Shown one piece after another: positions 25,591-37,962 of a DNA stretch of 64,000 nt. This DNA is from Grus americana (lineage: Eukaryota). The notes beneath the pieces are model-generated. The model saw nothing but the letters and a program-made list of their open reading frames with translations. It was not told the DNA's origin and ran no database searches. The DNA lies in contig NC_072852.1 in NCBI RefSeq assembly GCF_028858705.1, forward strand, positions 200,324,471 to 200,388,470, written 5' to 3'. A program made the position numbers and the translations under genes. Each line of letters starts with the position of its first letter. The first letter of the stretch is position 1.

Positions 25591-27963
25591 CTAGAAAAGG
25601 AGGGAAATAGGCATTTAAATATTTATTTAATAACAATATAGTGAATATTATTTGCTTTGTGAGAACAGGGAATGTCAACAGCATATTTAATAGGGGTAGT
25701 CCCAAAGCTTTTTGCCAAAAAGGCTGTAGAAAGTTTACAAGGTACAGTTTCTATTTACATATTACATTCTTTAAAATATCATTCATTTTTCTGAATGTAT
25801 TTTTAGATAAGAAGACAACCAAATCAGAAAGGCTTCAAGCACAACAGACATTTTCATCTGAGGGAAACAGAGGACCAAGCTATTTGTAGAATGAACAGTG
25901 CAGAAAGCCAGACAGACCGGGCACAAGCGTTTTCTAGGATAAAAGTTCCATTTTAAATACACAGCAGAACTGCCAGGCAGAGGCATAGTTAGAGTGAAAT
26001 TAATTTACCTTTATTTTAAGTTTATGTGTCCAACTCCGTATGCGTTCAATACTAGATGGCATTTCAATAGACATATTCACGGAAAATCCACTAAATAAAG
26101 AGAAAAGAAAAAAACAACTGAATGGCACTGCAGAGAAGATGATGTTTAGTGCGCATGCCATGACTTCTCCATGAGAAGGAACTATCTTTCCTGCCCTGTT
26201 TACCTCTTTGGATGAAAGCAGAGAATACTGAACTAGTTAGACAAGTTTCTGTCCCTAGGAATCCCCTACTCATTCACTACAGGTATTCATAGTTTAGCAG
26301 GTTAGAAGGGATCAAGAGGTCATTTGACATGATCTCCTCTGAAACACATTACATAACATTTTAGCCAATTATCTCTTCATGTAATCTAATTTTTATTTTC
26401 TAAAGCAAGGCTTCATAACAGACAGCCAAACTGGATTTCAGAGAAGTCAAGTTCATCATTTTCCCTAACTATTCCAAACCTCACTGCTAAAACTGCACAT
26501 CTTTTTTTCTTATTCAGCTTTAATTTCCAGTCTTTGCTTCTTAGTTTAGCTCTGTAATGACATTAAAAAGCAATTTGGTAAGTGCAATCATACAAGCTAC
26601 ATAAAAGACACAAAGATACCATATGATGTCATGGAATCACATTGCAGATGGAGGTCAACGTGCACGGCTTTTGTTGGGTTTGGGGGATTTTATGTTTTGG
26701 TTTGCCTTTTTTTTTTTTTCTTAAGGTCCTCCAATTGGCATTTTGACAATTTCAGTCAGTCTTGCCTGACAAAGTAAAATAATCTTCTCTCTTCCCTAGT
26801 TCTTTGTTTGCATATTTTGGGACTGCATTAGCCATTTTTGCCCCAGTATCACAGTGGTTGTTCATTCCAGGTTGTTGACTCACTGGGTGAGTAATAAACC
26901 CTGGGTTACTGGCAGTCGCTGTCTTTCAGGGTGTAATCTCCCAAGATGTAGATGCGTAGGGCTGCAATCATTTCATCTACATGTAGCCTTGCATTTGTCA
27001 GTCTTACAGCATTTTTGTTACATGGGCCTATTTTAATCCATATTCTTGACTACTGTGAGTCCTAATCTCAATTATTATTATTAATGTACCATGAATCTCT
27101 ATCCTCTGCATATCATATGAGCAATTATTTTCTATTTACAGCCACATGTCCATTATCCTTAAGATGCCTGTGGATAAAACATGCAATACACAGCACAGCC
27201 CCAAAGTATCTGCAGCAAGAAACAGCCTGCTGCCAGAAAAACATATTATGTTATTAATATATTAGTAAGTTTGCAGGTAACTTGGATGTCTTTGTGCTAG
27301 TCCTTCTAGAACTTGAAGCTGGAAAGAGTGAGATAGAGATATGTGATCTCCATCCTCACACAGTAACTATTCTTAAGTGTTTCTTATTCATATTTTCTAG
27401 TTTCCCTTAACACTAAAAATTAAATTGTATTATCATTTTAAATACCTTTTCTACAACTGGATGTGTAGTGTATGAATTCGTTAATCTATTCCTGATATAT
27501 GGCAAAAATGGCATCAAATCTTTAGCTGATCAGTACAATATTGCTACTAACCAGTAGTAATTGTACTGAATAAAAGCAAGTTAATAATAGGAAACACTAT
27601 TTCCAGTTAAATATAACTTCAGAAAATGATTACAGATGGGGTTTTGTGCCTACTTTGCAGAAAGAGCAGAGAAGAACCTAGAACATGGTCATGAAGAGCA
27701 CTTTTCATGGGCTTTAATATGGAAATATGAATAGCATTAAGTTTTGACACATTTACTGCTACTACTACCTGCATTACTTGTTATTCTGGTTGAGAATGGC
27801 CATATGCAGAAATGCTACTGGGAATATAATTATTAATACTCAGTTTCCAAGAAATCTTCTTTACCAGCAACATCACAGTTTCAGATAACTGTAATTTTTT
27901 ACTTAAAATGCAAATGCAAAGAAAGGTTAAAATATTAAGTGCAGTGATATTGAAAAATATGAA

Positions 27964-30425
27964 GATCATAGAATCATAGAATGGTTTGGGTTGGAAGGGA
28001 CCTTAAAGATCATCTAGTTCCAACCCCCCTGCCATGGGCAGGGACAACCTCCACTAGACCACATTGCCCAAAGCCTCATCCAGCCTGGTCTTAAACACTT
28101 CCAGGGATGGGGCCTCCACAACCTCTCTGGGCAACCCGTTCCAGTGCCTCACCACTCTAACAGTCAAGAATTTCTTCCTAATATCTAATCTAAATTGACC
28201 CTCCATCAGCTTAAACCCATTCCCCCTTGTCCTGTCACTACACTCCCTCATAAACAGTCCCTCACCATCTTTCCTGTAGGCCCCTTCAGGTACTGCTAAG
28301 CCGCAATTACATCTCCCCAGAGCCACCTTTTCTCCAGGCTGAACAATCCCAACTCTCTCAGCCTGTCCTCATAGGAGAGGCGCTCCAGCCCTCTGATCAG
28401 CTTCGTGGACCTCCTCTGGACTCTCTCCAACAGCTCCATGTCTCTCCTGTACTGGGGCCCCCAGAGCTGGACGCAGTACTCCAGGTGGGGTCTCACGAGA
28501 GCAGAGTAGAGGGGCAGGATCACCTCCCTCGACCTGCTGGTCACACCTCTTTTGATGCAGCCCAGGACACGGTTGGCTTTCTGGACTGCAAGCGCACACT
28601 GCAGGCTCATGTTGAGCTTCTCGTCCACCAACATCCCCCAAGTCCTTCTCCTCAGGGCTGCTTTCAATCCATTCCTCGCCCAGCCTATAGCTGTGCTTGG
28701 GATTGCGCCAACCCATGTGCAGGACCTTGCACTTGGCCTTGTTGAACTTCATGTGGTTTGCACGGGCCCACCTCTCCAGCCTGTCAAGGTCCCTCTGGGT
28801 GGCATCCCTTCCCTCCAGCATGTCGATCACACGACACAGCTTGGTGTCGTCGGCAAACTTGCTGAGGGTGCACTCGATCCCACTGTCCATGTTGCCAACA
28901 AAGATGTTGAACAGTGCCGGTCCCAGTACTGACCCCTGAGGAACGCCACTCATCACTGTTCTCCACTTGGACATTGAGCTGTTGACCACAACTCTTTGAG
29001 TGCGACCATCCAGCCAATTCCTTATCCACCAAGTGGTCTATCCATCGAATCCATGTCTCTCCAGTTTAGAGACAAGGATGTCGTGCGGGACAGTGTCAAA
29101 TGCCTTGCACAAGTCCAGGTAGATGACGTCAGCTGCCCATCCCTTATCCACCAACGCTGTAACCCCATCATAGAAGGCCACCAAATTTGTCAGGCACGAT
29201 TTGCCCTTAGTGAAGCTGTGTTGGCTGTCACCAATCACCTCCTTATCTTCCATGTGCCTGAGCATAGTCTCCAGGAGGGTCTGCTCCATAATCTTGCCAG
29301 GCATGGAGGTGAGACTGACCGGCCTGTAGTTCCCTGGGTCTTCCTTTTTACCCTTCTTAAAAATGGGGGTTATGTTCCCCCTCTTCCAGTCAGCGGGAAC
29401 TTCACCAGGCTGCCAGGACTTCTCAAATATGATGGAGAGCGGCCTGGCCACTTCATCCGCCAGTTCACTCAAGACCCGCGGATGCAACTCATCAGGTCCC
29501 ATGGACTTGTGCACCTTCAGGTTCCTTAGATATTCTCGAACCTGATCTTTTCCTACAGTGGGCGGTTCTGCATTCTCCCAGTCCCTGCCTTCTGTGACCT
29601 GGGCAGTGTGGCTCAAGCATTTGCCAGTGAAGACTGAGGCAACGAAGTCATTGAGTACCTCAGCCTTCTCCATATCCTGGGTAACCAGGTCACCCATTTT
29701 ATTCCGGAGGGGACCCACATTTTCCCTCATCCTCCTCTTATCACTAACATACCTATAGAAGCTTTTCTTGTTGTCCTTGACATCCCTGGCCAAACTAATT
29801 TCTGTCAGGGCTTTGGCTTTCCTAACCTGCTCCCTGGCTGCTCAGTTTCTCTGTATTCTTCCCAGGCTACCTGCCCTTGCTTCCACCCTCTGTAGGCTTC
29901 CTTTTTGTGTTGGAGTTTGCCCAGGAGCTCCTTGTTCATCCATGGGGGCCTCTTGGTGTTTTTGCTTGACTTCCTCTTTGCTGGGATGCCTTGCTCCTGA
30001 GCTTGGAGGAAGTGATCCTTGAATATTAGCCAGCTGTCTTGGGCTCCTCTTCCTTCTAGGGCTTTGTCCCATGGTATTCTACCAAGCAGATCCCTGAAGA
30101 GGCCAAAGTCTGCTCTCCTGAAGTCCAGGGTAGTGAGCTTGCTGTGCACCCTCCTCGCTGCCCTGAGGATCCTGAATTCCACCATTTCGTGGTCACTGCA
30201 GCCAAGGCTGCCCTTGAGCTTGACGTCCCCTACCAGGCCCTCCTTATTGGTGAGAATAAGGTCCAGCATGGCACCTCTCCTTGTGGGCTCCTCTGTCACT
30301 TGGAGGAGAAAGTTGCCATTGACACATTCCAGGAAATTCCTGGATTGCTTGTGCATGGCTGCGTTGTCCCTCCAGCAGATGTCGGGGTGGTTGAAGTCCC
30401 CCATAAGGACCAGGGCTTGTCATGG
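27964..30425 (-). mobile_element. CR1 (chicken repeat 1) LINE, 5'-truncated (about 2.46 kb) and degraded. It retains the end of the endonuclease domain ([10 protein letters not shown]), the reverse-transcriptase domain split over three frames, and the characteristic 3' tail ...cattctatgattctatgatc. It is sense-oriented relative to PARP4, inside a PARP4 intron.
   Basis: Minus-strand ORFs 29805-30404, 29038-29793 and 28369-28989 translate to CR1 ORF2 ([20 protein letters not shown]; [45 protein letters not shown]). The frameshifts between them indicate decay. The 3' octamer repeats ATTCTRTG are typical of avian CR1. Confidence 0.9.
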
Positions 30426-31626
30426 TCTCATTAAGTTTTGTGACTTGGGAATTTATATATAATCCTTAATAACAGAAGTGTTTCTGAAACAAAAGGAAGT
30501 ATTTAGTGAAGAAAAGGAGTGTAATAATTAGAAGTTATTCCCCTATGATATATACCTATCTAAGGATAACAACAGATAAGAGTGAAGGGTGAAATTAAAT
30601 TAGTTTCTTGATAATGCAACTTACCATCAAATATTCCACAGAAGTAGAAAAATGTTAATTTTAAATATTTTAATCATTTAAGGCATTGATAAAATAAAGC
30701 AAATAACAATATTAATGAAAGTGACTTACTTTTTCTGTGGTTTTAATTGTTTAACACACACCTTTTTTATTGTATCCTACAAAGAAAAAAAATTTTTTAA
30801 ACTGCCAGTTATGAAATATTTGTATGTCATTCCCGACACTTACTGCCCAGGAGCTCCTTTCTCTTGTATTACTAAGTTGAGACTACATGGAACTCTCTTT
30901 ACTTCTTTTAATCATTCAGCTTTGTTATCTGAGCATCACAGCAGCTAAAATTCAGATGAACCCGTGCATGTTTCTCTCCCAAGGACACAGAGAACTTCAG
31001 AACTCAGTATAACACATCTCTGAAGCAGAAGGCACGATTGTTGAACAGTCAGATATGATACAGTTATACAATCTCACAGGGACTATGACCACAAGGACAA
31101 TCTCTGGCTCTTTGCTAGCACTTAAATACAGAAATGACCGCCCCTCCCACCTGGATAATTCAGGAGCCATCAAGGGCATCCAAAGAAATGGATGGGCAAC
31201 CTTGTCCCTGAAGCAGAGAAGGATAATGATAGAGTGTTCAGCAGATGCTCAGCTGCTGTTTCATGATGGAGATAATACCATGTCTTTGCAAGCCAAAGGA
31301 GGAACAGCAGCACAGAAATAGCAGATAACTCAAAATATGAGATCTAACACATGCCAACTCAAGTCAACTTTCTAAGTCCTGCAGAAGCAATTACATCCTC
31401 AGAGACAGTTAGAGGCTTTCTACCAATCTCAGCATTCTTATGTGTGTGTTCACATTGCTTTATGACAAGAAAGGTTACAAACAATTATCTTCTGACAAAA
31501 GAGAAGAAATGAAAACAAAAACAATCATAAACTTACAGAAGCCTCTTGTGTAACTACAATCCCCTAGGCACAGAACTTTTGCTTCAAAACAAGAAGATGC
31601 TATTTTAAGATTGTAGTTTAACAAAC

Positions 31627-31745
31627 CTGTGTGTTTTCATTTAATGCTTTGTCCTGTTGCCATGGTGACACAGAAGCAGGCAGATGAAAGGTGATACAAC
31701 CATGCTGAAAACTCAGTTCAGTGATATAGGTGATTTTGATCACAA
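31627..31745 (-). CDS. PARP4: PARP4 exon (VIT domain): (x)VIKITYITELSFQHGCITFHLPASVSPWQQDKALNENTQ.
   Basis: Acceptor aattctacag and donor gtttgt. Matches human KVLIKITYITELSILGTVGVFFMPATVAPWQQDKALNENLQD. Confidence 0.8.
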
Positions 31746-32033
31746 CTGTAGAATTTGGAGGTAAGTTTCCAACACTTATTACAAAAATATCCTAAAAAAA
31801 TGCCAAAACAAAACAAAACTAGCTTTAATGACATCATTAAAGCCTATGTTTTCCAAAACAGTAATTAAATTGGTATTTAGGCACAGCGAAACCAAATGCT
31901 AACACAGAAATTACTATTTGGTTTTGGTGAAATGTAAGGAAAAATGGGACTATGATATGAAATGTCAAACTTTCACTAATTCCTTAATTTCTGGCAAAAA
32001 CTGATCAATAGGTACTGAATATATCAATCCTTC

Positions 32034-32058
32034 AAAAAAAAAAAAAAAAAAAAAAAAA
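32034..32058. repeat. Poly(A) mononucleotide run (25 A) in a PARP4 intron.
   Basis: Direct observation. Confidence 0.95.
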
Positions 32059-32269
32059 GGAAACCACCTGAAAGAGAAATATCTGGTTTATGTATGCCAT
32101 AGTGCATATTTGAAGAAGCAATAGTTGTTTTTAAAAACAATCAAATGTATGGTCCAAATAAGTTCTCATAAAAAAGAGTTTCTCAACAAAGACATGATTC
32201 ATCAAAGAATCTGTACTTGGACAACTGCAAAATTTTCAAGTAGGTACTAAACCACAATATTCAACATAC

Positions 32270-32356
32270 CGGTGCATCCTGGTCCATCAGATAAGCTCCA
32301 TCACCCTGACTGATAGCTTTCCAATATTCCCTATGTGCTTGTTTCTTTTCTTTAAC
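32270..32356 (-). CDS. PARP4: PARP4 exon: VKEKKQAHREYWKAISQGDGAYLMDQDAP.
   Basis: Acceptor ctttcatag and donor gtatgt. Matches human IKEKEEAQQEYLEAVTQGHGAYLMSQDAP. Confidence 0.8.
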
Positions 32357-32581
32357 CTATGAAAGATTGTTCCAAAATACGTCATTTCATCTCTATAGAC
32401 AGAAAGCTTAACCAATATTCTCTTAAATGATGTGACTACCTTGAAATCCAGTCAAGTGGTAACAACAAAGGACATGAGAGAAACCAAAATTAGTGTTGTG
32501 CATCTTCATTACTAATTAAGTGCTTTCGGATTTTAGAGACTGAAGGAGCTAAATCAAAGGCAAAGTACAATAACATTTTAC

Positions 32582-32713
32582 CTCTCCAATGACATGTTTT
32601 CCATTGATAAAAGCTTCAAATCCACAAACAGCAGCTTTATCATCCAAAGGAAAAACATATTTAGCTTCAATCGGTTTACTGTTTTGATTGGTGTAGGTCT
32701 GAAACATTACTAC
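32582..32713 (-). CDS. PARP4: PARP4 exon (VIT domain): VVMFQTYTNQNSKPIEAKYVFPLDDKAAVCGFEAFINGKHVIGE.
   Basis: Acceptor atttcag and donor gtaaaa. Matches human VIVFQTYTNKSHVPIEAKYIFPLDDKAAVCGFEAFINGKHIVGE. Confidence 0.85.
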
Positions 32714-34465
32714 CTGAAATGAATGTTTTTCATGTAACTGTAATGTTAAAACGTGATTTAAACATCAAGGGTTTAAACATTTAAGGGTAACAGCATAACT
32801 GCTTTGCACTGCAAAATGTCAATAGGTATGCCACCATTGGAACTCCTATTTGTACCTTAGAAATGAAGGTGTAACATTCATCAGTGCTTGACACATCTCC
32901 AGAAACATGCAAGGAGCTGTAGAACTTTTAATCTCTAAATCATTAATCAAATCTTTTCCAGAAGAAGAGTAAACCATGACCTTCTAAAGGTTATCTGACA
33001 TATTGGCAGAGTCGGAGCTGTCAAGCTATTGCCTACAAAAGAAGCCACCACTGCAATAGGTCTATAATAGTTTCAAACCAGTAAGGACTAAACAAGAAGT
33101 AAGAGTAAACCTCCGCAAAGAGATGGGTCTATTTTTATGAAAGGGATGTTTGCAAAAGCCTATGTTACTTCTATATGTATAGTATCCATCTTCTACTGAC
33201 AGAATTTCTGTCTCTGAGGTGGCAGATTGCATCTGACTTTCTTCTCACATCTGCTCTTCTGTTTACTTCTCTTGTGTCATAACAAAATTCAAGCAATTCC
33301 TCATTCCCCTTTGCTGCCATTCTTATTGTCTCTTGTCATCTGATCATTTCTGGTTTATGCTCTGTACCTCAGCCTTATAGACTGTTCTCTGCTTTGATGG
33401 ACTGGACCATAGAACAGATGCCACTGGATAATAATTCATTCCACAGGAAACCAGACAAAAAACCCTCAACAACAAACAAAATGAAAAACAAACAAACAAA
33501 CCCCAACAATCCCTCATGAGAGGAAGAGCTGTTCAAAGGAATCAGACAGATGAGACAACAGTTGTGTCAGAATGGTTTAAGCACAGACTCATTTGCAGAC
33601 AATTCTTTCAACAACTTTTCTCTCCTGTTTTTCCCTGCTTTCTTTTTTAAGGCTTTAGCAACAACATATAAAAAAACATTGTTTACTTTTATGAAGCTAC
33701 GTTGGCACTGGAAACCCCTGAATACGAATTCATGTGCAGAGATAGACATGTGACACAACTCAGTAAAACCATGGCTTTAGCTTGGTCAAGACTGCTCCAG
33801 ACAGGATGCAGCTGAAGGGGGGAAGATTGTGGAATTATGCACCAGGATTGGGAAAAGACCTGTGACTTGACAGAATGTGTTCTTAGTGCATATGTACTAA
33901 AATACAAGGTGGGCCCTTATTTTAGCCTGTTTGGCTAACTTTTATTAGCTAATTTTCAGGCTAGAATAGCAAGTTCTACTGTATTGATCGATATTTTACT
34001 TGTGACAGCTAATTTAGGTTGTCTAACCAAAGTCGAAACCGAAATACAAGTACATTTCCAGAAAGCTTTAATTATCCTAGGTATTTCTCACTGGTTTATA
34101 ATTCAGCTGGCAAACAGATCACCAAGAAGGTCTTTTAAAGGGAACAGAACATGTACACTACTGCATAAAGCTTCTCTACAATGGTGACTTGATTATGCAT
34201 AGGTAGAAAACAGACATAAAAATAAAACCAAGCCTTTCACTGACCAAAGAGCTTTTGTCATTTGTTTGACTACACATCTCTCAGAATAAAAATTGTTTCC
34301 ACTCATTTTCAGGACTTTCCTTCATTTAGCGATTGAATTTGAATTGCCTTTTTTTTTTTTTAATTAACTAAACACTAAATCGCATTTTGACTAAAACACT
34401 ATTTAACAAATGGTTAATTTTTCAGGGCTGAGTTATGGAACAGGACAATAAATAGCATACTCTAC

Positions 34466-34590
34466 CTGTGCTACAAAGTCTATTATCCTCCCCTTGATAT
34501 GAACACCTTCCAAAGGGACAGGATTTCCCAATCTGTCCTGAAGACCAGTTTTCACAGGATTCGAAAGGTTTGCATTTGGTAACGCATAGC
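34466..34590 (-). CDS. PARP4: PARP4 exon: (S)YALPNANLSNPVKTGLQDRLGNPVPLEGVHIKGRIIDFVAQ.
   Basis: Acceptor ctttgtttag and donor gtagag. Matches human ...KAGLQDASGNLVPLEDVHIKGRIIDTVAQ. The phase agrees with the upstream donor. Confidence 0.8.
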
Positions 34591-35119
34591 CTAAACAAAG
34601 AGTTTACAAAAGATTAAAAAGGTATTTCTTGAAATATACATTCAGGAAGGATGATTGAAACTAATCCTGTATCAACAGCCCATAATTTTTTACACAATTC
34701 AGAACACAAGAAGTAACATTCAGTTTCTGTTATGAATAACTGTGTTGTATTGCTGAGCTGTATTGCTGTCTAACAGATCATAAGTTCATGATAGTTCTGT
34801 AAGGTCTTACAAGGTCTTTGTTTAGAACCTTGCAGTTGCATTATTTAAAGACCATCTGATGATTTATGCATAAGTGCTTCCTGTGCTTCTCTTGAAACAC
34901 ACTGTGACAGGAGGAGTTGCAGCTGCTGTTGGTAATTATGCCTATAGGAAATCTGTTAAACAGATGCCAAATGGTAATCACTAATTTGGTAACATCTGCA
35001 AATAAACTACCAATTATTTTTTAGTATGTTATCTTCATACAAGTACTCTAAAAAGGGTTCTGGTAAGTATTTAGGAAACTCTGGATGCAAGTAAATATAC
35101 AAACAGAAAACATTTCTTA

Positions 35120-35282
35120 CTTTCATGCTGTAAATGATGTTGCGACTCTTGCTTATTGTTTTCTTGATCCAGTTCCACCCCAATTGCAGGCTGAAATGGT
35201 TTTATTTGATCTTCAGCAAGGCAAAACTTAACAACATATCTAATTTTAACCTGACAGGTTTTATACACAACAAATTCATCGT
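35120..35282 (-). CDS. PARP4: PARP4 exon: DDEFVVYKTCQVKIRYVVKFCLAEDQIKPFQPAIGVELDQENNKQESQHHLQHE.
   Basis: Acceptor tttctaccag and donor gtaaga. Matches human DDEFVVYKTNQVKMKYIIKFSMPGDQIKDFHP.... Confidence 0.85.
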
Positions 35283-36040
35283 CCTGGTAGAAACAAAGAA
35301 AGGTATTTTACAACAAAAACAAAGCTGTAGATAATATCTAAACCAAGGCAACTTGATTAAGAGGTGAACCTGACACATCATTTCTGAAAAATAATAATTT
35401 TACAGCTTTTATTTTCACTGTCCTGATCTCTCTGTATCACTACCACTTGAATTTCTTATCTTCTCACTTTGTATTCATTCTCCAGACTCCTTATATTTCC
35501 TTTAGTCTGTATAGCACAATCATTCCTCAAAATAACTAAGAAAAAAATAAAAAATGGTGGATATCTAGACAGCAACTATATCTGTTAGTGTACTACTACA
35601 GCTATCATCCCTGCCTTAGAATACCAACCTATTAGGACAGGGATTTTTATCAGCTGAATTCATTTACAAAACAATGAACCTTCCATGGTAGTGATTTCTT
35701 ATTCCATACAAAGAAGAATATCACTTCCAAATAACAATTTTAATATCGCAAACCAGATATTTATACAATGATTCAGTTATAATAAAATATAATATTCACA
35801 TCTTTCTTTTAAGTATTGTTTTCTTGCACGAATTCTTTACAAATAGCAACTTAGAGGCTTAGAAGTTTTATATGCACTTTACAGGCTGCAAGTCAGACAA
35901 GTGATTTTACGCATTACTGTTTAGTGATTTAGTGTCTGAAGAACTGAAATGCAGGTTACACTCATTCTGCTATCTACCACTGGTGTAATAAATCCAAAAC
36001 TTGGTGCCTTTTCAAGTGCCCAATACTGCAGCATCAGTAC

Positions 36041-36224
36041 CTCAAAGTCTGAAGAGACATCTGCTGTTTTACGGACTCCATGCACGCTGTCATAACCTGA
36101 TGGTGCATTATTTAATGAATAATCTCGTTCACACAAATCTACACAGGATCCAAGTGCCACGTCACAAACTGCCAGGAGTCGGGTTCCATCCATTTCACTG
36201 GGTGAAGAATACTTAATACTGGCG
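36041..36224 (-). CDS. PARP4: PARP4 exon (PARP catalytic core): (S)ASIKYSSPSEMDGTRLLAVCDVALGSCVDLCERDYSLNNAPSGYDSVHGVRKTADVSSDFE.
   Basis: Acceptor ctttacttgtag and donor gtactg. Matches human SIKYSHPGETDGTRLLLICDVALGKCMDLHEKDFSLTEAPPGYDSVHGVSQTASVTTDFE. Confidence 0.9.
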
Positions 36225-36431
36225 CTACAAGTAAAGAAAGATCATACACATTTTATTAAAATTTGTATTACTGTAAACATCGTAGGAGTTTAAGGAGAAG
36301 TACTTCTGAATAGATGGACAAGAATAAACTTTATAATTAAATTACCTTAAAAGTATTAAGCATTACATCTACTTAATTTAAAAAGTAAAAATAATAGACA
36401 AGGAATAAAGAGATATTGACGTTATTCAGAC

Positions 36432-36530
36432 CTAACAGAATCACTGAAGTAAATACCACTGCCCAGATTACCAGCGTCAGTTCTTTGCAGGCCATGATCT
36501 TCAACAACCACTTTAGGCAATAGGAGTCCT
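36432..36530 (-). CDS. PARP4: PARP4 exon (PARP catalytic domain): (R)GLLLPKVVEDHGLQRTDAGNLGSGIYFSDSV(S).
   Basis: Acceptor ttttctctag and donor gtctga. Matches human RGLLLPKVVEDRGVQRTDVGNLGSGIYFSDSL. Confidence 0.85.
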
Positions 36531-37824
36531 CTAGAGAAAAAAAAAAAAAAAAGTCACATAATGAATGAAGTGCAAAATACTTTTGCATATAGCTTGTGGG
36601 CTAATACACATTGTGCAGTTATGAACCACAGAGCATAAACAGAAAATACACTTTACAAAAACCATCCATAGACACTCAAGGAAATTAAAGTCTATTTATA
36701 AAAAAATAAATCACAAAGTCACATTAATCACCAAGACACTGATTACATAAGCAATAAAGACTGTTAGCTCTTTTTCATTTAGCAGAAAACCAATGCATTT
36801 TCCAGATTCATTGCCAAACATTCAAAATAATTTTTTGGTTATTAAATGAGTAGTTCTACATTTCTGGCAACTATGCTGCATTTAATTTCAAAAAAATGTA
36901 TGAAATTTTTGTATCTAAGAAAAAGAGAGTATGAGTTTTAAAAGTAGAATGCTGGGGAATGGATACTTGGAAACTTTTCAAATGTTTGATTTGGAAACCT
37001 AATAGTGTAGAGATATCATCCTCAGACTGTTTATGAGACATTTGATTTACTACCGATTGATGCCCACAGAAGACATTTTATATATAAAGAATGTAAAAAG
37101 ACAGAATATTTAAATAAGTTCAACAGTTTTGTAACTTACAATTAAAATCTGCAGTATGAGGAAAACAGATGCTAATATGACTTCTGAGGTATTTGAATTC
37201 TGATAGTGTCATATATCACATATATTTTTTCAAACATCCTTAAATTTTCAGTGGCGGATATTCACTGCATACATGCTATGATGAGGATTTAAACATGTCA
37301 GGCTACTAGAGGTTATATTATTTTAGCATTATTACCATGCCTGAGTGAATTCATGGTATTCAGTCACAGAACTAGATATTCTGTTAATCCAGGAAACTAT
37401 GATAATCTAAAAGTATGCCAAATACAGTAGTTGTGGGGAAAGAATGTACAGAACTGGAAGGAGGACATCGTCAATGCAATTCTTTCCTAAAAGAGAATAA
37501 ATTTTCCACACAGCCATGGCTCTCCTACTCTCTCGATTTTGTCATCTTTCATCTGGATTTAAATGACACTCCTCACCATCATATCCAAATAGCTGCAACT
37601 CAAGTCTAATCTATCCGGAGAGTAATTACATTTATCATTACAAAAGATTGATTTTTCCATCCAGAGGTCTGTAGAAGTATACGGATGTTCATATAAATGT
37701 TAACAATAAAAAATAGGGTAAATGACGCAAAAGAGCTTAATAAAAAAAATTAAAAGTCAAAATATATTTAAGAATATAGTTAAGCCTGATTCAATGTCAC
37801 AAAAAAGGGAATGTAAATTTTTAC

Positions 37825-37962
37825 CTGGAAAGAATTCCCATGAAGTTGCACACAGATGATGCATGGAATAAGGACTGAATGTTTCCAAGACTGCTCAGAA
37901 ATTCTGCTGTTTCACTTATTCTGCCAACCCTATAAACTTGTAAAATTCTCACTGGACAGTCA
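37825..37962 (-). CDS. PARP4: PARP4 exon (PARP catalytic domain): (N)DCPVRILQVYRVGRISETAEFLSSLGNIQSLFHASSVCNFMGILS(R).
   Basis: Acceptor tttcttgcag and donor gtaaaa. Matches human PVDVLQIFRVGRVNETTEFLSKLGNVRPLLHGSPVQNIVGILCR. Confidence 0.85.

Noticed and set aside
28485-28939. Plus-strand ORFs overlapping CR1 copy 1 (28485-28745, 28552-28932, 28697-28939).
   Set aside because: They are antisense to the CR1 RT coding sequence and arise because a long sense ORF suppresses stops on the opposite strand. There are no homology or splice signals.
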